Shown one piece after another: positions 49,411-59,248 of a stretch of DNA of 64,000 nt (its first letter is position 1; every line of letters starts with the position of its first letter). The position numbers were made by a program, and so were the translations under genes. Location: NCBI GenBank assembly GCA_965248265.1, contig CBDFJF010000001.1, forward strand, positions 2,048,001-2,112,000. The letters are read 5' to 3'. The DNA comes from Candidatus Latescibacterota bacterium (lineage in GTDB: Bacteria > Latescibacterota > UBA2968 > UBA8231). A model generated the notes under the pieces. The model saw only the letters and a program-made list of their open reading frames with translations. It searched no databases and was not told where the DNA came from.

Positions 49411-51076
49411 ACGGCTGACGACGGTAGCATTCGTCTTCCTCGCTCTTCTTACGGCCTGTGCGCCTCATACGATTACACCCACCCCACAACTGAGCACCGA
49501 TGGACCCCAGGCAACCGCTCCCCTGCTCGAGGGAGTGGGACAGGTGTCGATGCCTATCACCGCCCGCTCGGCGCATGCCCAAGTCTATTTCAACCAGGGC
49601 ATGGCCCTACTCTACGGCTACTGGTGGTTCGAGGCACGTCGGTCGTTTGAAGCGGCGGTGGAGTTGGACAGTACCTGCGCCATGTGCCATTGGGGCTTGT
49701 TCCAGTCTCTATCTGAAGGCTCCGGCAAAGCACGCACCGCCTTGGACAACGCCAAGCGTTTCGCGCACCTGGCCAGCGTCAGGGAGCAGCATTTCATCAG
49801 GGCGGACGCCCTGTATGATTCCATCGACACCTTTGCCGAAGCTGATGAGGCCTTCATCAGAGAAATGGAGTCAGCGTTGGAGGCCTTTCCGGATGATCTG
49901 AACGCACGGTTGTTTCTCATTCACTTCCTGATGGAAGACCATGACCCGGATGACCCGGCCGATCCTCGCCGCAATCCGGAGCCGATGCTGCAGCGTCTGA
50001 TGGAACAGCACCCTGACCACCTGGCCGTCCACCACTACTGGATTCATGCCGTCGAAGCTGGCAGCCATCCGGAAGTTGCCTTGGAGAGTGCACGCAGACT
50101 CGCTACCCTGGCACCCAATGCCGGCCACATCGTGCACATGCCCGGCCACGTCTACTACCGCACCGGTGACTACGAGCGCAGCCACGACAACTTCGTGCAT
50201 GCCTTCTCCGTCGATTCCACCTACCAGGCGGACTACAGCATCCCTCCGCACCGCAACTGGAATTTCATCCACAACCTCAACTACCTGGTCGCCAATTGTG
50301 GCGAGGATGGACGTTACTCGGAGGGCTTGCGTTGGACTCGCCACCTCGAACAACTGCCGATCGACCCCGATCGACCCCTCGTGTTCTATCAGGGACGACT
50401 GGCGCGCGCCCGCCTGCAGCTGCGCTACGGAATGTGGGAGCAGGCGGCGAATTCACTTGGAGAATTCGCAGACAATGACACTCTCGCGGGTACCTTCGCC
50501 GAGCATTTCGTTGATGGGACCCTCGCGTACGCCCGCGGAATGGCCGCCCTCGATCGAGCAGACCTGGCCGCTGCTACCACGCAGCGCAAGAAACTCGATG
50601 AAATGGAGTGGATCTTCATGATCGGGCCTGTGGACACGGACGACGGCTTCTACTCTGTGAAACGGCGTAACACCTTGCGTGCCTTTTCCCGCGAGTTGCG
50701 CGGTATGTTGCACGCGTTGAACGGAGAGTTCGACAAGGCGACGAAGGCCCTTCAGGAAGCCGTCGACATAGTCAGCGCCATGAGCTACGCCGAGCCTCCT
50801 GAATTTGCCGGGCTGCCTGCCGAGCGCCTGGGAGAGGCGCGCCTGCTGGCCGGCAACTGGGAGGCTGCGGAATCAGCCTTCCGTCTGTCACTGGAGGCCC
50901 GTCCCGCCAACGGGCATGGGCTGTACGGGTTGGCGAGAGCGCTCGCAGGGCAGGGACTGATGGAGGAAGCCGGGCAGACCTATGCCAGATTCGTGGACAC
51001 CTGGCGACATGGAGATCTTGACCTGCCCCAACTCCAGAACGCCAGGTCCTGGCTGGAGTCGGCGGACGGCGGTTAA
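49403..51076 (+). CDS. TPR-like helical lipoprotein
   Basis: Lipobox LTAC; AQVYFNQG, CAMCHWG, HHYWIHAVE, GHIVHMPGH. Confidence 0.8.
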   Translation: MSERLTTVAFVFLALLTACAPHTITPTPQLSTDGPQATAPLLEGVGQVSMPITARSAHAQVYFNQGMALLYGYWWFEARRSFEAAVELDSTCAMCHWGLFQSLSEGSGKARTALDNAKRFAHLASVREQHFIRADALYDSIDTFAEADEAFIREMESALEAFPDDLNARLFLIHFLMEDHDPDDPADPRRNPEPMLQRLMEQHPDHLAVHHYWIHAVEAGSHPEVALESARRLATLAPNAGHIVHMPGHVYYRTGDYERSHDNFVHAFSVDSTYQADYSIPPHRNWNFIHNLNYLVANCGEDGRYSEGLRWTRHLEQLPIDPDRPLVFYQGRLARARLQLRYGMWEQAANSLGEFADNDTLAGTFAEHFVDGTLAYARGMAALDRADLAAATTQRKKLDEMEWIFMIGPVDTDDGFYSVKRRNTLRAFSRELRGMLHALNGEFDKATKALQEAVDIVSAMSYAEPPEFAGLPAERLGEARLLAGNWEAAESAFRLSLEARPANGHGLYGLARALAGQGLMEEAGQTYARFVDTWRHGDLDLPQLQNARSWLESADGG

Positions 51077-51834
51077 CCACCACACTTACCGCCGCCGCAT
51101 TTACCTCCCCCACACTTGCCACCGCAACCGCCGCAGCCGCCACCACACTTGCCACCGCCACACCCGCCACATCCCCCACAGCCACAACAACCACAACCAC
51201 CCCCAGCAGCGTCAGGGCTGTCGGTCAGGCGTGAGACCAGGTGGATGTCGACATGCGTACCGACTTTCAGGACGAGCATCTCCGGACGCTCGATCCCGTA
51301 GTCGGCCAACGCGACTCTAAAATTTGCTTTCAGGGCAACGATGTTGCCCGGCAGTACGCCTTTCGTGGCTTCACTGCCCTCGATGTAAGTGATCGTCGCC
51401 TTGACGGTCTCCTTGCGGCTGACACCGTGAAGGGTCATTGTGCCTTCGGCCTCCACGTCAACGGACTCACCAGATTTCACCTTTGACTTGGAGGCGCTGG
51501 TGATCTTCTCCAGCTTGAAGGTCGATGTCGGATAGTCATCGGTGTGGAGAAAGTTGTCGCGAAAATGCTCGTCTCGCAGGTCGATTCCGGTGTTGAATGA
51601 CGTGACGTCGACGGTGAATTCCCCGTAACCGTTCCCGTTGACGTTGTTCGGGTCGAATTTGTAGTGCCCGGACACGCCGGCACTGGTCCCGACAATCGTT
51701 TCCAGCGGCGCCGAGATATTGAACGTCACCGTGTTCCCGGGATCGTTCTTGCCGGTCGCGAACTCGGCCGTCAACGCGGGACTGACTGCCAACAGGCCAG
51801 CGGCCAGAGCGACAACAGTGTTGCGTAAGCGCAT
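51073..51834 (-). CDS. Secreted YceI-family protein with a Gly/Cys/Lys-only C-terminal tail
   Basis: Signal peptide; TGIDLRDEHFR..FL.TD.YP, GTMTLHGV, DYGI; tail GGGCGCCGCGGCGGCGGGKCGGGCGGCGGKCGGGKCGGGKCGG. Confidence 0.88.
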   Translation of the reverse strand: MRLRNTVVALAAGLLAVSPALTAEFATGKNDPGNTVTFNISAPLETIVGTSAGVSGHYKFDPNNVNGNGYGEFTVDVTSFNTGIDLRDEHFRDNFLHTDDYPTSTFKLEKITSASKSKVKSGESVDVEAEGTMTLHGVSRKETVKATITYIEGSEATKGVLPGNIVALKANFRVALADYGIERPEMLVLKVGTHVDIHLVSRLTDSPDAAGGGCGCCGCGGCGGCGGGKCGGGCGGCGGKCGGGKCGGGKCGG

Positions 51835-51980
51835 TGGTCTTGCCTTCCGATGAATGTGAGTGGAAATCACAGACGGTCCCGCCTTCGAGACGCCTGTCCC
51901 ATGCATACAATGCGGACCGGATGCCAGATGGTCTGTGAACTTTTCACACCCCTCCCACGATAGGTGTGCGTCGTGGACCG

Positions 51981-52859
51981 TCATGGCAGAGGCTGGAACT
52001 CGACCAGGCGTGACCGAGCCGTCTCAAAGGCGGGCGTTCCGACGTATTGCACTGCGGAGGGCGAAATTGAGTCGATGTGCTCGAAGTGGACGTGGCCGCA
52101 GAAGATGGCGACCAGGTTGGTGGCAGCGGAGATTACCCGTGCGAACTCGATAGTGACGTCGGTGCCCGCCCTCGACGGGTCCCCCGCAGGATCTGCCAAA
52201 AGCAGGGGGGTCTCCCATTTGTCAATCGTGGGTCCGCGCAGAGTCGGCACGCTGATGGGAATATGAGTCAGCAGGACCGTCGGCAGTTCAGCAGCCAGCT
52301 GTTCCGTAGCAAACTCCAGCTGCTCTTCACTGACCTGGTAGATCGAGTTGTCGATGGCCACGAAGCGGATACCACCTATGTCGCGTACCTCATGTGAAGG
52401 CCGGCCCCCGGTGAGCGTATCCAACGACGGCCAGTTCTGTTCCCGCAATCCGGCTACGTTCTCTACTCCTGCAAAAAGCCAGTCGTGGTTGCCTGAGGTG
52501 TACATGAACTCGAGGCCGGTGCTCGTCAGGCCGGCGGTGGCCCGTTCGATGTTGGCTTGCGACGGGAAGTGGATCAGATCTCCGGTGTGAGCCAGCAGAT
52601 CAATCCCCGTCCCCATCGAGGTGGCTCCCGCCATCATCGTGTCGAAGGTCGTCTCCGTGAAGACGCTGTTGCCATCCGCGTCCAGACGGCGCGCGCCGAA
52701 GCGCTCGTGGGCACCGCTGCACGCTTCCACATGGTCGGCATCGCGCTCGTCGATCAGCGCCAGGTGGGTGTCGGTCACATGCAGAAGGCGAACCGTGTCC
52801 GCCAGTCCTTCGACCTTGATCATCGCTGTGTCATCTTTACAGGTGTGGGTGATGCGCAT
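51981..52859 (-). CDS. Calcineurin-like metallophosphoesterase
   Basis: DTH, GD, GNHD, H, GHVH motifs. Confidence 0.88.
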   Translation of the reverse strand: MRITHTCKDDTAMIKVEGLADTVRLLHVTDTHLALIDERDADHVEACSGAHERFGARRLDADGNSVFTETTFDTMMAGATSMGTGIDLLAHTGDLIHFPSQANIERATAGLTSTGLEFMYTSGNHDWLFAGVENVAGLREQNWPSLDTLTGGRPSHEVRDIGGIRFVAIDNSIYQVSEEQLEFATEQLAAELPTVLLTHIPISVPTLRGPTIDKWETPLLLADPAGDPSRAGTDVTIEFARVISAATNLVAIFCGHVHFEHIDSISPSAVQYVGTPAFETARSRLVEFQPLP

Positions 52860-52886
52860 TCGGATTCTCTCCAAGAGTCGCGGCCA

Positions 52887-53993
52887 TCAATGGACAGCCA
52901 GTTCTTTCTTCTCATCATTGTCCGACTCGAATTGACGCCACAAATCTTCCAGATGCGAAGCGGCAGGCAACTCCGGACTGCGAATGATGAGATGCCGTAC
53001 GTGTGTCGTGAACTTGCCGCCAGGTTCGAGGCTGAGTTTACCCGGGTAGAGGACGTAGTCCATTGCCACCCCCTTCATGCCGCACGAAATACCGGCGGTG
53101 TGTTGCCGCTCGGTCAGAATCACGTGCCGCCATCCAGCATCCGTGGCGTGGCCGACCAACAGGGGAAACCGCCATGTCGCGTTGATGACGCCCTCGGTAC
53201 GGGGAAAATGCGGGATGCAGTTGAGCTCGAGAAACGGAGAGCTCGGATCCACAACGAAGGCCTGGAGATGAAAGACAAAAATGTCCAGGAAGTTCACCAG
53301 CCCCCCGGCTTCCGTGTGCCAGAAGAAGCAGCCGTTAAGCCCATTGATCTGGGTGTAATTGGCGAAGAACTGGCTGTACTCCACCATGGTCTCAGTGCCG
53401 ACATTTTCGATGGTGATCAGGCAGTCGTATTGAATGGTGTCCGAAACGACCACGTCGGTGAAATCCCAGAGTTGGCTGGTGCGTACTCCGTCTACCTCGT
53501 ACGCGCTCCAGACCCCCATTCGACCATCGTCGTCGATGCTGCCCGACTCGGCCGGCGTTCGCCGTGGACGCATCTCCAGGCCATGTGGCCGTCCTCGCCA
53601 CATCTGCCACTCCCTGCAGTCCCACGAACAATGGCTGCCGGGGCGTTGACGGGGATCGCCGTCGTATCGGACTTCGTAATCGGAATCGGGGACTGGTCGA
53701 CCCCATCCAGAAACTGACCCGGGTGGCGACAGCAGAGTCGCCGTTCCTGCCTCGTGAGCACCAATCCACTGACGCGGCCCTCGCCGGTAGGTCATGGTGA
53801 GACGCTCGTCCACCGGCTGGAACCACTCCACGCCCGTGTAGGGATGTCCATCCCCGCGTACCGTGATGGCCGCGGCGGCGTCACCGGCCACCGTTCGCAA
53901 CAAGATGTCGTACATCGTCGACTTCTTCTCGTGCGGCCAGAGATCGTCGTCCCCAGTGTATTCCAGAATGCGCTGGCTGAACGTGGAGTTCAT
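52887..53993 (-). CDS. Hypothetical protein
   Basis: 368-aa ORF with RBS AGGTG, fills the gap between genes; no motif recognised. Confidence 0.65.
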   Translation of the reverse strand: MNSTFSQRILEYTGDDDLWPHEKKSTMYDILLRTVAGDAAAAITVRGDGHPYTGVEWFQPVDERLTMTYRRGPRQWIGAHEAGTATLLSPPGSVSGWGRPVPDSDYEVRYDGDPRQRPGSHCSWDCREWQMWRGRPHGLEMRPRRTPAESGSIDDDGRMGVWSAYEVDGVRTSQLWDFTDVVVSDTIQYDCLITIENVGTETMVEYSQFFANYTQINGLNGCFFWHTEAGGLVNFLDIFVFHLQAFVVDPSSPFLELNCIPHFPRTEGVINATWRFPLLVGHATDAGWRHVILTERQHTAGISCGMKGVAMDYVLYPGKLSLEPGGKFTTHVRHLIIRSPELPAASHLEDLWRQFESDNDEKKELAVH

Positions 53994-54056
53994 TTCACCT
54001 CAATTGTTGCCTATCGTTGGTCGCGGAGTGAACAACCTAACCCCGGGAAGCAACCT

Positions 54057-55166
54057 GTGTCACGAATAGTCATCTGCGGTGGTGGCGTCATCGGCGCCTC
54101 GATCGCCTATTTCCTGAGTCTGCGCAATGTCGAAGCGGTCGTGATCGAGCGTACCGGCATCGCCAACGCCGCTTCCGGCAAATCAGGCGGTTTTCTAGCA
54201 CTGGACTGGTGTCATGGTACTCCAGTCGATGCCCTGGCCAGAAGGAGCTTCGCGCTGCATGAGGAGCTGGCCGCCACACTTGCCTCCGAAATGGAGCTGG
54301 AGTGGGGTTACCGGCGGCTGGACACCCTCAGTGTCGCCGCCAGCCAACAACGCGATCTCAGCTCTTTGGCCCGGCTTGAATCACCCAGTTGGGTGGCCCC
54401 GGCCGCTGCCGTGCACTCGCGGATCGGCACCCAGGAGACAACCGCGCAGGTAAACCCCGCGGCCTTCACTCAGAGTCTGATGAAAGCAGCCGAAGCGAAC
54501 GGTTCTCGCCTCGTCATCGGCACGGTGGAAGGAGTAGCACTTACCGATGATGGACGCCGGGTAACCGGGGCCATCGTCGATGGCGACGAAGTAGAGGCAG
54601 ACGCCGTCGTCATCGCTATGGGACCGTGGTCAATTCTCGCTTGCCAGTGGCTGCCGCTGCCAGCCGTGTACGGACTCAAAGGCCACAGCATAGTGTTCCG
54701 CTTCACGCCGAAGGACCCGCATGCGCTCTTCCTCGAGCTGGAGACGGAGGCTGGTGACGTGGAGACGCCCGAAGTGATGCCCCGTACGGATGGCACCACC
54801 TACGTCTGCGGCCTCTCCGCGGAAACCGCGCTGCCCGTAGACCCGGCACAGGTCGTCGAGGAACCCGGAGCCTGCGAACAGTTGCGCGCCATGACCTCGG
54901 CGGTCTGCCCCGAACTGGGTGCATCCGAGGTGCTGGCGGCACAGGCCTGCTATCGCCCGGTGACGGTGGATGGCTTGCCGTTGATTGGGCGCGTTCCGGG
55001 TGTGGATGCAGCCTTCGTCGCCACCGGGCACAGCGTCTGGGGGATGCTGAACGGGCCTGCTACCGGCGAGGCCATGGCGGAGCTCATCGTCGATGGGACA
55101 GCCTCCACCGTGGACATTACCGCTTTTGATCCGGCTAGGCAGCCGGCGTTCTCGCTACCGCAATAG
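54057..55166 (+). CDS. FAD-dependent oxidoreductase (DAO/glycine oxidase family)
   Basis: ICGGGVIG, ASGKSGGF, QACYRP..DGLPLIG, GHSVWG...GPATG. Confidence 0.9.
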   Translation: MSRIVICGGGVIGASIAYFLSLRNVEAVVIERTGIANAASGKSGGFLALDWCHGTPVDALARRSFALHEELAATLASEMELEWGYRRLDTLSVAASQQRDLSSLARLESPSWVAPAAAVHSRIGTQETTAQVNPAAFTQSLMKAAEANGSRLVIGTVEGVALTDDGRRVTGAIVDGDEVEADAVVIAMGPWSILACQWLPLPAVYGLKGHSIVFRFTPKDPHALFLELETEAGDVETPEVMPRTDGTTYVCGLSAETALPVDPAQVVEEPGACEQLRAMTSAVCPELGASEVLAAQACYRPVTVDGLPLIGRVPGVDAAFVATGHSVWGMLNGPATGEAMAELIVDGTASTVDITAFDPARQPAFSLPQ

Positions 55167-56618
55167 CAGCACCTTCTGGACCTGATCCATCCCGCCTGCG
55201 CGCATGCGAATCGAGTAGACACCGCTCGCTGTGGCTTGTCCTGCGCTGTCTTTACCATCCCATCGCACTTGGTAGTAGCCGGCTTGTTGGGTTCCGTGAG
55301 TGAGCACGCGAATCAGCTGCCCCGCCAGGTCGTAGACGGCTATCTCCACCACGGATTTCCGAGAGAGGCTGTAGGGAATTACTGTATCAGGGTTGAATGG
55401 ATTCGGGTAATTCTGACCCAGTTCGAAAGCGACCGGAGTAGCCCCGTACTCCTCGGCGATGGCCGTGGGTGCTACTGGGGCTACTTCGGGACCGACAGCG
55501 TAGTAGACGAGTCCCGTCGACGACGAGCCCGAGTTGTCAATCTCGTAGAACGCGATATGTGGCCTGCCACCGGCCTCCACTTCCAGGGTCACAAACTGAG
55601 CCAGGAACTGATCGTCCTGGATCGGGCCGGTAACGTCCTCTATCTCCCAACTGTCTTCCATCTTGGTGGCGAAACGCAACACCGATCTATCAGCATAGGC
55701 CACGTGGACGTTGTCTCCTTCATCCAGAGCGACGGCGGTAGTTCGACGCGCCCCGATGAAGGCGATCTGAAGGTCGCTGAGATCGTCGACGATATCGAAA
55801 TTCCACTCCTCCCCGTCGTGGAAGGCGTATTTGACTCTGCCGGCCTGCTGCCCGGTGCGGTCCAGGTAGGTGATGTGGGGCCGGTTGGCGCTGTCCAGCG
55901 CTATGGATGGAAATTTGCCGACATCTCCATCGACATCCACTTGCTCGATCTGCCACTCGCCATCGCTCAACACGGCGTAGAACAGATCAGCTCCCGGGCT
56001 AGTGGTGTTGAGACGCGATTCACCATCGTGGTAGACGACATGAAGGCGGCCGTCTTCACTGATCGCCATGGCAACCCCGAATTCGTAGGGAATGCCTCCA
56101 CTGCCGATCTCCTCCACCTGCCAGTTTCCGTCGCGTCGCACCGCCCATTCGATCCCGGACGAGGAGCCAAACTGGGACGGATCGATTGAGACGATGTGCA
56201 CATCTCCGGCTGGATCGACCGCGATCCTGCCATCCCAACCGTCGTGACCTTCATGCACGATGACCTCCAGCGACCAGTCCTCTTGAGAGCCCACGGCGTA
56301 CACGATGTCCTCGTTGTCGTGGTCGTGGTAGGCAATGTGGATCAGGTCGTCATCGTCGATGGTCATGTCCAGGGGTGCATAAAAATAACCTTCGGATATA
56401 GTGTCGATTTCCCAGGTGCCGTCATCATCTCTGAGTCCGTGGAACACGCCTCCCCCGAACGACTCTATCATGTATGCCATATGCGGACGGCCCTGATTGT
56501 CGAGTCTTACTTCGGGCTTCGTCCCCTGCCTGGTGACGAATTCGATCTGCCACCCCTCCTGGCCAAACGCCGCCGTTGCCATCGTGGCTGCGACCAACAA
56601 AACGCTCACTCTCAACAT
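55155..56618 (-). CDS. Secreted beta-propeller protein with a C-terminal FlgD-Ig / Por-sorting-like domain
   Basis: Signal peptide; repeated (A/T)xD..G.PH(I/V).Y blades; FELGQNYPNPFNP...WDGKD..G...ASGVY...KVLLLR. Confidence 0.82.
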   Translation of the reverse strand: MLRVSVLLVAATMATAAFGQEGWQIEFVTRQGTKPEVRLDNQGRPHMAYMIESFGGGVFHGLRDDDGTWEIDTISEGYFYAPLDMTIDDDDLIHIAYHDHDNEDIVYAVGSQEDWSLEVIVHEGHDGWDGRIAVDPAGDVHIVSIDPSQFGSSSGIEWAVRRDGNWQVEEIGSGGIPYEFGVAMAISEDGRLHVVYHDGESRLNTTSPGADLFYAVLSDGEWQIEQVDVDGDVGKFPSIALDSANRPHITYLDRTGQQAGRVKYAFHDGEEWNFDIVDDLSDLQIAFIGARRTTAVALDEGDNVHVAYADRSVLRFATKMEDSWEIEDVTGPIQDDQFLAQFVTLEVEAGGRPHIAFYEIDNSGSSSTGLVYYAVGPEVAPVAPTAIAEEYGATPVAFELGQNYPNPFNPDTVIPYSLSRKSVVEIAVYDLAGQLIRVLTHGTQQAGYYQVRWDGKDSAGQATASGVYSIRMRAGGMDQVQKVLLLR

Positions 56619-56800
56619 GTGGAAAACCCTCGCTGTTTATCAGGGACCTGCACCCCCTGTACTCATTGTTGCACCTTGTTTCAATATACAATAACGCTCC
56701 GTGGACTCGTTCACCGTTAAAGATTCCCTATGCCGCGGGTGCCGCCTTCCCCAACTTTTGACATCGTCTCCAATAGACTGATCTTCCTTTTTTCTTTTCA

Positions 56801-56883
56801 CCCCGCCCATTGGGGGCGATCCAGCCCGTTTGGGGGCGGTCCAGCCCACTCGTTGGGCGGGCCACCTCCTGCGGGAGGCGGCC
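56801..56883. repeat. Tandem array of four ~20-nt GC-rich hairpin units
   Basis: CCCCGCCCATTGGGGGCGAT / CCAGCCCGTTTGGGGGCGGT / CCAGCCCACTCGTTGGGCGGG / CCACCTCCTGCGGGAGGCGG. Confidence 0.6.
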
Positions 56884-56926
56884 CAATCCTGTACGGCGCC
56901 ACCAACCGGTGTATGGAGTCCACTCG

Positions 56927-58093
56927 ATGAAGCCCAGTCAGCAAGCCAAGCTCATGCGGCAATATCCTACTATTGCCGACCTGCGGGATCGAGCACAGAG
57001 AAGACTCCCGCACGTCGCCTGGGAGTACCTCAGCTGCGGCACCGGTGAGGAAGCGGCCCTGTCGCGGAACCTGGACAGCATGAAGGAAGTGACCCTCGTC
57101 CCTCGATTCATGCGAGGGGAGATCCACCCGGAAGTTGGCGTCACATTGTTTGGCCAATCCTATGATGCGCCGTTTGGCGTTGCCCCCGTGGGGTTGTGCG
57201 GTTTGATGTGGCCGAGGGCCGAGAGGATCCTCGCCAGAGCGGCAGCCCGCTACTCGATTCCATTGTGTCTGAGTACGGTTGCCGCCGAAACCCCCGAAAC
57301 GATCGGCCCGCTGGCGGACGGCATGGGCTGGTTTCAACTCTATCCTCCTCGTGGACGGGAGTTGCGCAGTGAACTGTTGAGTCGGGCAAAGGACTCTGGC
57401 TTTACCACGCTGGTGGTCACGGCCGATGTCCCCACCCCGGGCCGGCGTGAGCGAACGATACGGTCCGGATTGAACATGCCACCGCGCATCACACCCAGGT
57501 TCGTTTGGGAAGCCCTGCGTCACCCGGGATGGACAGTTGCCACCCTGAGAGCCGGATTGCCGAGACTGAGAACGATGGAGCCGTACGCGAAATCGGCGAG
57601 CATGCGCGACGTGATACGGTTCGTCGAGACGGAAATGGGTTTCGGCATAACGTGGGATTATCTCGAGCAGGTGCGGGACCAGTGGCAGGGCTCGCTGATT
57701 CTCAAGGGGATTCTGCACCCTGCCGATGCCGAGCGCGCGCTTCAGGCAGGTGTCGACGGTATACAGGTTTCCAACCACGGAGCCCGCCAGCTGGATGCCG
57801 TGCCGGCCGCAATCGATGTGCTGCCGGCGATCGTGCGCCAGGTGGACGGCAAGGCGAGCGTCATCTTTGACAGCGGCGCACGCTCGGGACTCGATATCGC
57901 GAGGGCGCTGGCGCTCGGGGCCGACTTTGTCATGCTCGGACGCGCTTTCGTGTACGGAGTGGCGGCCCTGGGTGCTTGGGGCGCCGACCACGCGGTGGAG
58001 ATTTTGTTGGAAGAGCTGAAGAACAACATGGCGCAACTGGGGTGTGTGACGCTGAAGGACTTGAGGGAGTCAGCGGCCCAGGCAACTCCCTAG
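56927..58093 (+). CDS. FMN-dependent alpha-hydroxy acid dehydrogenase (L-lactate dehydrogenase-like)
   Basis: WFQLY, LKGI, VSNHGARQLD, DSG.RSG.D, GRAF. Confidence 0.92.
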   Translation: MKPSQQAKLMRQYPTIADLRDRAQRRLPHVAWEYLSCGTGEEAALSRNLDSMKEVTLVPRFMRGEIHPEVGVTLFGQSYDAPFGVAPVGLCGLMWPRAERILARAAARYSIPLCLSTVAAETPETIGPLADGMGWFQLYPPRGRELRSELLSRAKDSGFTTLVVTADVPTPGRRERTIRSGLNMPPRITPRFVWEALRHPGWTVATLRAGLPRLRTMEPYAKSASMRDVIRFVETEMGFGITWDYLEQVRDQWQGSLILKGILHPADAERALQAGVDGIQVSNHGARQLDAVPAAIDVLPAIVRQVDGKASVIFDSGARSGLDIARALALGADFVMLGRAFVYGVAALGAWGADHAVEILLEELKNNMAQLGCVTLKDLRESAAQATP

Positions 58094-58100
58094 GAGAGCC

Positions 58101-59198
58101 ATGTCGGAGGCAACCGAGGCACCGCACCCCGTCCCCACACGGGCGAATCCCGATCACGCGATCCGGTTGCTCGCACAGCGGCACGCCAGCACGGAGGGCA
58201 AGCGGGTCTGGGTGGCGGACGAAAACTGGTCCGATTCTGACATCCTCTCCCCAGCCCGGTTCGACGATTCAACCCTGATCGTCACCAACCGCATCGATAT
58301 ATACCGATCACACATTCACCACCACCGGCACGTCGAGTTGAGCGACTTCGCCTTCGAAAAGGCCGTCAGCGGAGAGGTCGACGCGCTCTTCTTCCGGGTA
58401 TCTAAGGAAAAACCGGTTGTCCATCACGTCATCAACACCAGCGCTCGACTGTTGCGTCAGGGAGGCGAGTTGTACCTGACTGGAAACAAGAGTGACGGCA
58501 CCAAAACCTACTTTGACAAGGCGAAGGAGCTGCTGGGAGTTGGAGGTGCTGAGTGGAAGAAGGAAAAACACGGCGCCTATTGCGGACGCCTGACCAAGTC
58601 CTCCTCAGCCGCGACGCCATTGGACTGTGAGGACTACCACGACCTGCGCCCCATTGCGGAACTCGATGATGCCCGTTTCGACAGCAAACCCGGAATCTTC
58701 GGCTGGAACAAGATCGACCGGGGCAGCGCTCTGTTAATCGAACAACTGCCGCGATTCATCCGGGAGTTGGAACGACCACCGGCCACCCTGCTCGATCTGG
58801 GATGCGGCTTCGGGTACCTGGCGGTGATGGCTGGAAAGCAGCTGGAGATACCGGTCACGGCCACCGACAACAACGTCGCTGCCGTGGCCGCCTGTGAGCG
58901 CAACATGAAAATGAACGGTATCGGCGGGAATGTCCTGCTCGATGACTGCGGCGGCGACATCGATTCTCAGTTTGACGCGATCCTGTGCAATCCCCCGTTT
59001 CATCGCGGGTTTTCGACGCAGGGCCAGCTGACCCAGCGCTTCCTACGAAGCTGCCAGCGCCTGCTGGCACCCGGCGGCGCTGCCTTGTTCGTGGTAAATC
59101 AGTTCATCCCGCTGGAAACGATGGCGACGCCACACTTCACTAGCTTAGAGCGGCTCGGCGAGAACGGATCATTCAAACTGGTCAGCTTGAGGCACTGA
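58101..59198 (+). CDS. RsmC-like rRNA methyltransferase
   Basis: PGIFGWNKIDRGS.LL, LDLGCGFG, CNPPFH; two-domain RsmC layout. Confidence 0.75.
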   Translation: MSEATEAPHPVPTRANPDHAIRLLAQRHASTEGKRVWVADENWSDSDILSPARFDDSTLIVTNRIDIYRSHIHHHRHVELSDFAFEKAVSGEVDALFFRVSKEKPVVHHVINTSARLLRQGGELYLTGNKSDGTKTYFDKAKELLGVGGAEWKKEKHGAYCGRLTKSSSAATPLDCEDYHDLRPIAELDDARFDSKPGIFGWNKIDRGSALLIEQLPRFIRELERPPATLLDLGCGFGYLAVMAGKQLEIPVTATDNNVAAVAACERNMKMNGIGGNVLLDDCGGDIDSQFDAILCNPPFHRGFSTQGQLTQRFLRSCQRLLAPGGAALFVVNQFIPLETMATPHFTSLERLGENGSFKLVSLRH

Positions 59199-59248
59199 CG
59201 GCCTCGCGCCTGGCCACTGAAAAGGCCGCCAGACTCCAAGTCCGGCGA

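Noticed and set aside
55155-55500. Evidence for a functional type IX secretion system
   Set aside because: The C-terminal domain is FlgD-Ig-like and widespread; no T9SS machinery genes are in the window
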